DNA of 63,062 bases, the filler included. It is 6 parts of 6 records of this genome, joined end to end, with 100 filler letters (N's around TTAATTAATTAA, not from the genome) between each part and the next. Parts side by side here need not be neighbours in the genome. Positions count along the whole stretch, not along the records: positions 49,359 to 55,989 come from DRR723986_5278; positions 56,090 to 63,062 come from DRR723986_5323; 4 more parts are not named here. One strand, written 5' to 3'. Below, piece by piece: positions 51,071-58,993 of the stretch (position 1 is the first letter of the stretch; each line of letters opens with the position of its first letter). The position numbers and the translations under genes were made by a program. The notes below the pieces were generated by a model, which had not been told where the DNA came from, searched no databases, and saw only the letters and a list, made by a program, of their open reading frames with translations.

Positions 51071-51781
51071 ATGCGCCGATTGATCGCCTTCGCCCTTGCC
51101 CTGATGCTCTCCGGTTCGGCCGTCCAGGCCGGGGCCTGGGCACGTCCTGCCGGAGAGGTCTTCCTCTCCTTCTCCACAAACCGGGAGGCCAGCGTCGAGG
51201 CGCTGCAATCGGGCATGGATGCCATGGCCCGTCATGACGCGGCCTATCTGGAAGTCGGCCTTGGGCATCGCCTGACATTCAGTGCCGAGCTTGGGCGCGG
51301 TCGATACACAAGCGACGCCATGGCCATCCTGCGCTACACGCTCACCGATCCGGGTGCGCGCCTACAGGCCGCTGTCGATCTTGGCGCGGGTCAGCGCAGC
51401 GTCGAGGGGCAGGAGGACAGCACCCTTGCCCGGCTCGGGCTGTCCTTGGGATACGGATACGGGATCACGCCGCCGGACTGGATGCCTTTGAACCTGCAAG
51501 GGGGGTGGATCGCACTGGACGCGTCGGCCATTCGGGACACAACCACAGCAGAAAACCGCTGGAAGGTCGAAACCACCTTCGGACTGTCGATCTCGGATCG
51601 GTCGCGCGCGATGCTTCAGATCGTTGCCGAAGAATGGCCGGGCCGTGACGCCGCATTCACGCTAAACCCCTCTTTCGTCTTCCAGATCCACGAAGGATCC
51701 TTCGTCGAAGTCGGGCTCAGGGCCGTCCGGGCGGAAGACGTTCAATTCGGCTTTGAACTGGGCTTCTGGCGTCAGTTCTGA
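51071..51781 (+). CDS. Putative outer-membrane beta-barrel protein
   Basis: Signal peptide ..AVQA|GAW; alternating amphipathic strands; C-terminal GFELGFWRQF ending in Phe. Confidence 0.65.
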   Translation: MRRLIAFALALMLSGSAVQAGAWARPAGEVFLSFSTNREASVEALQSGMDAMARHDAAYLEVGLGHRLTFSAELGRGRYTSDAMAILRYTLTDPGARLQAAVDLGAGQRSVEGQEDSTLARLGLSLGYGYGITPPDWMPLNLQGGWIALDASAIRDTTTAENRWKVETTFGLSISDRSRAMLQIVAEEWPGRDAAFTLNPSFVFQIHEGSFVEVGLRAVRAEDVQFGFELGFWRQF

Positions 51782-51845
51782 CCTATTGGCTATGTTTATT
51801 CGAAACACCGCGGGTGGTATTCCCTTTGCAGGAGGGCCCCCAAGA

Positions 51846-52325
51846 ATGTCGAAACCAAACCGGATGCTGCGCGAAACCGACGATGAAGCGCGCGCTGTCG
51901 GTCAGGATCTTCTGCGCCGGGCCCGGTTCGGCGCTTTGGGCGTGATCTGCCCGGACAGCAACAGCCCGATGGTGACCCGCGTATCCGTTGGCACCGATGG
52001 CGAGGGGATGCCCGTCACCCTGATTTCCGAGCTTTCCCTGCACAGCCGCGCCCTTTTTCACAATGCCCAGTGTTCTTTGCTGGTGGGAGAACCGGGCCAG
52101 AGGGGCGATCCGCTGATCCACCCGCGCCTGACCCTTCAGTGCAACGCCGAGCCCGCGAACAAGGACGACCTGAAACAGCTCTACCTGTCGCAACATCCCA
52201 AGGCGGCGCTCTATTTCGACTTCAGTGATTTCCTGATGTTGCGCCTTTGTGTAGCCTCTGCCCATCTTAACGGGGGGTTTGGAAAAGCCTATCGTCTGAC
52301 ACCCTCTGACCTCAGACTTGTCTAA
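51846..52325 (+). CDS. HugZ/pyridoxamine 5'-phosphate oxidase-like split-barrel protein
   Basis: LISELSLH...CSLLVGEPG..GDPL.HPRLT, HPKA.LY..F.DF, LNGGFGKAY. Confidence 0.87.
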   Translation: MSKPNRMLRETDDEARAVGQDLLRRARFGALGVICPDSNSPMVTRVSVGTDGEGMPVTLISELSLHSRALFHNAQCSLLVGEPGQRGDPLIHPRLTLQCNAEPANKDDLKQLYLSQHPKAALYFDFSDFLMLRLCVASAHLNGGFGKAYRLTPSDLRLV

Positions 52326-52401
52326 AAGGATAGGTTTAATTGCCATTGCAATGGAAACGTTGCATCATAAAGGTTAACGGCACCGTCATAAGGCCAGGAT
52401 A

Positions 52402-52941
52402 ATGAGCCAAGCGGCACTAGACCCCGATCTTCCCGGCATCTGGATCATCCCAGGTGAGCAGACGACCTATGAAATAGAACCAGATGGAAACTATCATATC
52501 GCCGATCCGGCACAGCCTCTGACCGTGGCGGCCGATGAGGCTTCGATGATCTGGGGCCGGGCCCGGTTCGACCGTATCGGCGGCAACGGGGCCGCGCCCG
52601 TGGGCGCTTGGCGAGACCGCGACCATGGCGATGAATGGCTGTTCCGCGAAGACGGGTCCTATCTGCAACGCTGGTCTGACGGTGAACGCACCACCGGTAT
52701 CTGGGTGCTGGATGCTGGCAGCGGAACGCTCTGGACGCGGGAATACCGGGGCCATGTGGAAACTGATGGCGCCCGGGTGAAGTTTCAGCTGCCGTCCGAG
52801 AAATCCGTAACCTACGGCTATACGGTCGATGCAGGGGCCTGGACGCTGCTCGACCCGCAAAGCTGGGAAAAGCTGGTGGAATATCGCCGCCCTCAGGGCG
52901 AGGGGCCCGCGGCCCGCTCCAGACGCGGGGCCGCAGGCTGA
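52402..52941 (+). CDS. Hypothetical beta-rich protein with repeated GxW...DGxY units
   Basis: AGGA RBS; units GIWII..YEIEPDGNY and GAWRD..WLFREDGSY, plus a third GIW. Confidence 0.7.
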   Translation: MSQAALDPDLPGIWIIPGEQTTYEIEPDGNYHIADPAQPLTVAADEASMIWGRARFDRIGGNGAAPVGAWRDRDHGDEWLFREDGSYLQRWSDGERTTGIWVLDAGSGTLWTREYRGHVETDGARVKFQLPSEKSVTYGYTVDAGAWTLLDPQSWEKLVEYRRPQGEGPAARSRRGAAG

Positions 52942-52945
52942 ACGC

Positions 52946-55243
52946 TCAGACCGTGTCGCAGCGCGCGGTCAACTGCACCGATCCATGTACCGGCTGCGAC
53001 CAGTTCAGCCGCACCGACCCGCGCCCGACCCCGTGCCGCGTAGTAGCATAGGGCATCTTGTAAACGGCCACGTTGGATACCGAGCGCACCGCGCCCTCGG
53101 GCATCACGGCCACAGCCACGCGCGCCTCGGATTCAAACGGCAACCAGTTGCGCAGATCGACCTCCCACACATCCAGATCGCTGTTTTCCGTCACCTTCAC
53201 CGTCACCGGGTTCTGCGAGTTCTTGGTGATCCCGTGATAGACATTCCCCGCCATCAGGAAATTCGCGGTCCGGCTGCCATCGAGCGGCGCAATCGAATCG
53301 TCCACATCATCGACCGCGTCCAGCGCCCCCCCGTTGAGATGCTTGAAGACATTGTCGCAAATCGACAGCCCGTTGATGTAATGGCCCGGACCATGCGGCC
53401 GGATCAGGATGAAATTCGACCAGCTGGCAATCCCGTTCGCGGTGAAGATGTTGCCGTTGATCGTCAGCCCGCCAAAGGAAAACTCGCCCGACAGCTCGGG
53501 TTCGGGGTCATGTTCATTGGCCCATTCGATATAGCTGTTGTCGACATAATTGCCGATGATCGTGGTCTTGACGTTCGTGTTGGTCAGCACGATCCCGGCG
53601 CTGATCTGGCCATCGGGTTCGTTGTCGCCCTGGAACCAGTGGTTCCCCGTAATCAGGTTGCCATTGCCGCCGAACACTCCGAAATGACGGAACTTCACCG
53701 CCCGGTTGTCGCGGATCTTGGTGTCGTTGGCATTGGTGTTGAAGGCAATCGTCGTGCGGTCCTGTACCCGCAGCACCTGTTCGTTCGACAGGAACTGGCA
53801 GCGGTCGATCAGCATCCCCGCGCAGCCTTCGTCGCAAGAGGTTATGCCGCGATCCTTGGGCCCGGTGAAGAAACAGTCCTTCACATGGAAGATCAGCCCG
53901 CCACGCGGCAACATGATACCGCTGGCCGTGCCCGCGCACAGAAACTCCACATCCTCCAGCACGAAGCGTTGCAGATTCTCGAAGCCCACGAAGTCCATGA
54001 TGTATTGGAACCGGGTGAAGGTATATGTCTGGCTCGACGGTGGCACGCCCAGTGGCGACGACAGAAACACCTGGTTGGTCGAGGCATTCACATCGCGTAC
54101 ATAGATCTCTCGCCCGACACCCTGCGCGGCTGACACCAGCGACCCGATGGGGATCGACCCGGCATTTGCCACGTTGTCCAGCCGGCTCGGGTTCGCCACC
54201 GTCCAGGTGCCGGTAGCGGTATGCACCTCGTCATCCCAATTGGTGCTTGGCAGACAACTGAACTGGCCGTTCCGGATCACCCGGCGATTGGCATAGCTGA
54301 CCTTGTTGCCCACTGCCGCTGCCATATCGATCGGCCCATCCAGCAGCACCCGCCGCCCCATCATGTCCAGGCTGTCGTGGTCGCCATGGTTCAGCATCGC
54401 CTGGAACGCCTTCTTGAACCCTTGCAGTTCATCGCCCCCGAACGCATCCGCATAGGCAGGCAGGTTGAAACTGCCCGCCAGCACCAGCCGCGCGCTGTCC
54501 GGCATGCTCAGCTGACCCTGAAAGCGCACCGGCGATTGCAGCGTCAGGTTCGAGGCAATCCGGAACGTGCCTTCGCTGACCAGCAGTTCGCGCCCGGCCG
54601 CGGCAGCATCGGCGGCGGCAAAGGCTGCCGTGTCATCGGCCACACCGTCGCCCGCAGCGCCAAAGTCCTTCACATCAACCCAATCCATCATCTTGCGCAG
54701 GAAAACGTGGGTCACATCCTCGATCTTGAGCGAGTCTATGCGGACCGTGCCACCATTTCCGCCGGTCAGATCCAGCCCGAAATGCCCATAGGCCGCGTCT
54801 TCACCCCAGGCCATGTCAACGCCGCCACGATTGCCAATGCCGACAATCGCCGATGCCGTCACGACCTCGCCATAGCTGGTCATTGTGACGGTGGGTCCGG
54901 TTTCGACCACGCCCGTCACATGAGAATTGTTGGCCTGCCCGGCCCAACCGGCGATCCGCACCGACGGTAGGGTGCCCGAAAGCGCTTTCACCCGTACCGA
55001 AATGCGCAGATACAGGCCCGGCAGCACCGGAGTTTCCGTCATATAGCGGATGCGCGTGGTCGTGGTGGTCTTCAGGATCTCCAGACAGGTACCGAAATCC
55101 TGGTCAGCGGGCACCAGCACTGCGTTGCCCGCCGTGGCCCAGGTATCGGTGCCCGGCGTGCCGTCTTCCTGGCTCCAGATGGCCAGCCCCTCGGAAAATT
55201 CCGGCGGCATCAGGTTCAGCCCGTCGGTGATCACTTGGTTCAT
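52946..55243 (-). CDS. Tailspike-like right-handed beta-helix protein (pectate_lyase_3 cap; putative polysaccharide depolymerase)
   Basis: WVDVKDFGAAGDGVADDTAAFAAA cap motif; Asn/Gly/Ile-rich repeats (ITGNHW, IIGNYV, INGNIF, ICDNVF); N-terminal carbohydrate-binding-like domain; start MNQVITDG after AAGGGG. Confidence 0.8.
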   Translation of the reverse strand: MNQVITDGLNLMPPEFSEGLAIWSQEDGTPGTDTWATAGNAVLVPADQDFGTCLEILKTTTTTRIRYMTETPVLPGLYLRISVRVKALSGTLPSVRIAGWAGQANNSHVTGVVETGPTVTMTSYGEVVTASAIVGIGNRGGVDMAWGEDAAYGHFGLDLTGGNGGTVRIDSLKIEDVTHVFLRKMMDWVDVKDFGAAGDGVADDTAAFAAADAAAAGRELLVSEGTFRIASNLTLQSPVRFQGQLSMPDSARLVLAGSFNLPAYADAFGGDELQGFKKAFQAMLNHGDHDSLDMMGRRVLLDGPIDMAAAVGNKVSYANRRVIRNGQFSCLPSTNWDDEVHTATGTWTVANPSRLDNVANAGSIPIGSLVSAAQGVGREIYVRDVNASTNQVFLSSPLGVPPSSQTYTFTRFQYIMDFVGFENLQRFVLEDVEFLCAGTASGIMLPRGGLIFHVKDCFFTGPKDRGITSCDEGCAGMLIDRCQFLSNEQVLRVQDRTTIAFNTNANDTKIRDNRAVKFRHFGVFGGNGNLITGNHWFQGDNEPDGQISAGIVLTNTNVKTTIIGNYVDNSYIEWANEHDPEPELSGEFSFGGLTINGNIFTANGIASWSNFILIRPHGPGHYINGLSICDNVFKHLNGGALDAVDDVDDSIAPLDGSRTANFLMAGNVYHGITKNSQNPVTVKVTENSDLDVWEVDLRNWLPFESEARVAVAVMPEGAVRSVSNVAVYKMPYATTRHGVGRGSVRLNWSQPVHGSVQLTARCDTV

Positions 55244-55397
55244 GTCAAACCCCTTTTGCTCTCGCATGGGCAGAACCCACGCCTTTGGCCCCTGCGGGCT
55301 GCGATCGGCCCGAGGGGTATCTCGATTGTTCACGACTTTCAGGAAAGCGCCGGGCGCAGTTCAGGCCCGGTTGAAGCCCAGACTTACAGGGCCAGGG

Positions 55398-55413
55398 TTA
55401 AGAAGCGGTTAAC
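55398..55413. promoter_or_regulatory. Perfect CtrA-type box
   Basis: TTAA-GAAGCGG-TTAAC, about 155 bp upstream of the beta-helix gene. Confidence 0.75.
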
Positions 55414-55425
55414 CGCAGCGCAGTT

Positions 55426-55839
55426 TCACACACCCAGCGCCTGACCGCGCAGCACCGTCACGCCGGAAATGCGCCAACGGCCATCGATCTGGACCATCTC
55501 GTAATCCAGCAGATGGGCGCGCCCGGTCGGGTCGAGGATCTGCACCTGTTGGACCAACCGCTCGCCTTCTTGCCTCAACCCCAGATAGGTCGTTTCCCCC
55601 GGCTGCCAGACCATCGGGTAGCCGCGTTCGACCATGGCGCCGAAATACATCGGGTGCTGGAACATCTGCTGAATGGTCGGGCTGGCGAAGGTCCAGGCGG
55701 TAAACACATTGCCGGTCGAGAACGCATTCAGCTGGCTCTGGATCGTGCTCTCGATCTCCGGGTTCGGTGGCAGCCGCTCCTGCGCCGTGGCGATATGCGG
55801 GGCCAGCATCAGAAACAGGGCAAGGATAAGCTGTCGCAT
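55426..55839 (-). CDS. DUF4864 family secreted protein
   Basis: Signal peptide; IQSQLNAF...FASPTIQQMF...MVERGYPMVW...Y.M...WRISGV. Confidence 0.85.
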   Translation of the reverse strand: MRQLILALFLMLAPHIATAQERLPPNPEIESTIQSQLNAFSTGNVFTAWTFASPTIQQMFQHPMYFGAMVERGYPMVWQPGETTYLGLRQEGERLVQQVQILDPTGRAHLLDYEMVQIDGRWRISGVTVLRGQALGV

Positions 55840-55953
55840 TCTGGTCCTCCCACCGATTGCGTGTCTTCCCGAAGACATTAGCGCGGCCGGGTGCGAGGTC
55901 AAATCAGACCCGGACAGCAAAAAACCAGCGCATCCACTGCACCGGTCTTTGTC

Positions 55954-55989
55954 TGCACCGGGGGTGCACGGGGGGTGTACAGGGGGTGT
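55954..55989. repeat. Short G-rich tandem repeat at contig end
   Basis: TGCACCGGGGG TGCACGGGGGG TGTACAGGGGG TGT, an 11-bp period. Confidence 0.7.
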
Positions 55990-56089
55990 NNNNNNNNNNN
56001 NNNNNNNNNNNNNNNNNNNNNNNNNNNNNNNNNTTAATTAATTAANNNNNNNNNNNNNNNNNNNNNNNNNNNNNNNNNNNNNNNNNNNN
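55990..56089. other. Artificial contig spacer
   Basis: 100-bp N block with TTAATTAATTAA. Confidence 0.99.
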
Positions 56090-56723
56090 CACGCGCAACA
56101 TCAAGGTGGCGCTGAAACGCCTGCGCCGCTGGGCACGCGACGGGGCGCATGACGAGCTAGATCTGGATGGCACCATTCGCGCCACGGCCGAGCATGGCTA
56201 TCTCGATGTGAAAACCCGCCCCGAACGGCGCAATGCCGTAAAGGTGCTGCTGTTTTTAGATGTGGGCGGCTCGATGGACCCGCATGTGAAGATCGTCGAA
56301 GAGCTGTTTTCAGCCGCGCGCAGCGAATTCAAACATATGGAATATTTCTATTTCCATAATTGCCTTTACGAGGGCGTCTGGCGCGACAATCGCCGCCGCT
56401 GGGATGATCAAACCCCCACCTGGGAGGTGCTGCGCACCTATGGCAGCGACTATAAATGCATCTTCGTGGGCGATGCCAGCATGAGCCCTTATGAAATTGC
56501 CTACCCCGGTGGCGCCAACGAACATTGGAACGCTGAAGCCGGCCAAACATGGCTGCAACGCGCCCGCGAGCAATGGCCAAACCACTTGTGGATCAACCCG
56601 GTGCCAGAAAAATACTGGGGCTACACCCAGTCGATCGCCATGATCAAAGAGATCTTTGAAAACCGCATGGTGCCGATGACGTTAAGCGGCCTCGAGGCCG
56701 GCATGAAAGAGCTGACACGCTAA
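56090..56723 (+). CDS. VWA-domain protein (CoxE-like, MoxR partner), C-terminal part
   Basis: LDLDGTIRATA, FLDVGGSMDPH MIDAS-like motif, YFHNC, VGDASMSPYEI, WINP. Confidence 0.9.
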
Positions 56724-56745
56724 GCCACCGGGGGGGGGGCGGCCC

Positions 56746-57099
56746 ATGCGCCAGATCATCGCGCATCTCTGGCAGTCCCACCGCCCCGCAGTGCTGCTGT
56801 TTCTTGCCGCCTTGGCGGTGATGGTGTTTTTTGCCCTGCGATTTCTCTGGGCGGTGTTTTATTGGGCGAACCCGCTGCATTTGCACCAGCCCCCTGCCCC
56901 CTGGATGACCCCGCGCTACGTGGCCCATTCCTGGCAGGTGCCCCCCCAGCAGGTGGCCGAGGCGCTGCAAATTCCCCCGGGCCTGCCCGCCCGCCCCACG
57001 CTGCAAGATATTGCCAAGGCCCGCGATCTGCCCGTTGATGTGCTGCTGGCGCAGTTGCAAGCCAGGTTGCAAGCCATGCAGGGCGGGGCGGAAAATTGA
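56746..57099 (+). CDS. Small membrane-anchored hypothetical protein
   Basis: N-terminal TM; WMTPRYVAHSW and TLQDIA motifs; overlaps the DedA start. Confidence 0.75.
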   Translation: MRQIIAHLWQSHRPAVLLFLAALAVMVFFALRFLWAVFYWANPLHLHQPPAPWMTPRYVAHSWQVPPQQVAEALQIPPGLPARPTLQDIAKARDLPVDVLLAQLQARLQAMQGGAEN

Positions 57100-57698
57100 G
57101 CGCGTGGCTGCTGCAAAGCCTGGCCACATGGGGCTTGCCGCTGCTTTTTGCCACAACCTTTGCCTCGTGCCTGGCGCTGCCTGTGCCATCGTCTTTGATG
57201 ATGCTGGCGGCGGGCGCGTTTGTGGCCAGCGGTGATTTGCCCGCCAGCGGGGTGGTCTTGGCCGCACTTACCGGGGCGATTGCGGGCGATCAGCTGGGCT
57301 ATTGGCTGGGGCGGCTGGGGCACGCGCGGCTGGGTGGGCGGGGCGGCAAAAATGCCGGCAAAGCACGGCGTCGCGCGGGTGCCATTTTGCAAAAACGCGG
57401 GGCCATGGGGGTGTTTCTCAGCCGTTGGCTGTTTAGCCCGCTGGGCCCTTATGTGAATGTCGCAGCTGGCGCGCTGGCTATGGCACCGCTGCGCTTTACC
57501 CTATGGGCGGTGTTGGGCGAGATTGTTTGGGTGGCTGCCTATGTGGCGCTTGGAATGGGCTTTGCCAGCAACATCACCTTGGCGGCAGAATTGGCCCAAG
57601 ACACCACGGGCCTGTTCAGCGCCGGCATCTTGGCCGCGGCCCTGGGCGCGTGGCTTTATCGCCGGGTGCCGCGCATGATGCGCCGCCACAGCCATTAG
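57096..57698 (+). CDS. DedA/VTT family membrane protein
   Basis: LPVPSS, GAIAGDQLGYWLGR, FLSRWLFSPLGP. Confidence 0.9.
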   Translation: MSAWLLQSLATWGLPLLFATTFASCLALPVPSSLMMLAAGAFVASGDLPASGVVLAALTGAIAGDQLGYWLGRLGHARLGGRGGKNAGKARRRAGAILQKRGAMGVFLSRWLFSPLGPYVNVAAGALAMAPLRFTLWAVLGEIVWVAAYVALGMGFASNITLAAELAQDTTGLFSAGILAAALGAWLYRRVPRMMRRHSH

Positions 57699-57749
57699 CC
57701 AGGGCCCAAGCCGCTTGCCGGGCGCGGGCAGATGCCCCATATCAAGCAT

Positions 57750-58442
57750 ATGTTAAAACTTGCCCCCATCTTGCTTGCAGTGATTTACGGCGTGCTCAGC
57801 TGGCGGTTTTCCGTCTGGCGCACCAAGGCCGAGCTGTCGGCCAAATCCACGCCACTGCGCGATCCGGCGCTGCTGCCCATCACCGACAGGCTGGCCGCCG
57901 CCCTAGAGATGCAAAAGATCACCGTGCATGTCTACGAGATCGAGCCGGTCAATGGCCTGGCCGCCCCCGACGGGCGCATCTTTTTGACCCGGGGCTTTTT
58001 GCGCAAATTCAACGAGGGCGTGGTAACGGCCGAGGAAATCGCCAGCGTGATCGCGCATGAGCTGGGCCATGTGGCGCTGGGGCATACGCGCAAGCGGATG
58101 ATCGATTTTTCAGGCCAAAACGCGCTGCGCACGGCGCTGGCCATGGTATTGTCGCGCTTCATTCCGGGGCTGGGGGTGTGGATTGCCAATGCCCTGACCA
58201 CGCTGGTGGCGGCCCGGCTGTCGCGCAATGATGAATACGAGGCCGATGAATATGCCTCGGCCTTGATGGTGAAAGCAGGCTTTGGCACCGCGCCGCAAAA
58301 ATCGCTGTTTGAAAAGCTAGAGGCGCTGACACAGTCACGCGCAGGCAGCGCGCCGGCGTGGCTGATGTCGCACCCCAAAACCGCCGATCGCATTGCCGCC
58401 ATTGAACGGCTGGAAAAGGCCTGGGGTATCGGGCAGGGCTAG
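57750..58442 (+). CDS. M48 family zinc metallopeptidase
   Basis: VNGLA, AHELGH, EYEADE, SHP...RI. Confidence 0.92.
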   Translation: MLKLAPILLAVIYGVLSWRFSVWRTKAELSAKSTPLRDPALLPITDRLAAALEMQKITVHVYEIEPVNGLAAPDGRIFLTRGFLRKFNEGVVTAEEIASVIAHELGHVALGHTRKRMIDFSGQNALRTALAMVLSRFIPGLGVWIANALTTLVAARLSRNDEYEADEYASALMVKAGFGTAPQKSLFEKLEALTQSRAGSAPAWLMSHPKTADRIAAIERLEKAWGIGQG

Positions 58443-58993
58443 GGCGCGCCCAGATCTTGCAGCGCCCGTGCCAGCCGCGGCAGGCGCGCCTTTTTCAGCA
58501 AGGCCCGCATCTGCCAGTCCTGCCCAGACAGGCGGCGCGCCTCTTGCAACACTGCCCATGCAGCGGGCTGCACCAGATGCGGGCTGGCCTGCCAGATGCC
58601 ATGCAAAAACCCATCGGCATCCGCGCGCGTCAGCCCCTCTTCGGCCAGAATATGGCGGGGAAAATCGGCGCGGTTTTGGGTGATGATCACATCGCAATGC
58701 CCCGCGATGGCGGCGGCCAGCACATGGGTGTCTGCCGGGTCAGGCAGCCACAGCCGGGCCTCCAGGCTGGGGGGCCATGTAACCACCGCATGCGGCCAAT
58801 CTTGGCTGATCTGTGCCGCCTCGCCCCGCGCCTGCGCCTCGCCGCCCGGGCCCAGTTTGCGCGCCGCACGCGCCCATTCCTCTAGGATACGCGCCGACCA
58901 GCGCGGCTGGAAAGCCCCTTGCGCCGCCACCCCCAGCAGCACCTGCCGCATGACAGTGGGGTACAAAACGCAGGTATCCAGCAGCACCTTCAT
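58439..58993 (-). CDS. PIN domain protein (RSP_2648-like)
   Basis: MKVLLDTCVL, ILEEW, LPDPADTHVLAAA, ITQNRADFP. Confidence 0.88.
   Translation of the reverse strand: MKVLLDTCVLYPTVMRQVLLGVAAQGAFQPRWSARILEEWARAARKLGPGGEAQARGEAAQISQDWPHAVVTWPPSLEARLWLPDPADTHVLAAAIAGHCDVIITQNRADFPRHILAEEGLTRADADGFLHGIWQASPHLVQPAAWAVLQEARRLSGQDWQMRALLKKARLPRLARALQDLGAP

Noticed and set aside
55359-55373. GTTC-N7-GTTG as an alphaproteobacterial LexA box upstream of the tailspike-like gene
   Set aside because: One mismatch in a short motif is likely by chance; no second site.
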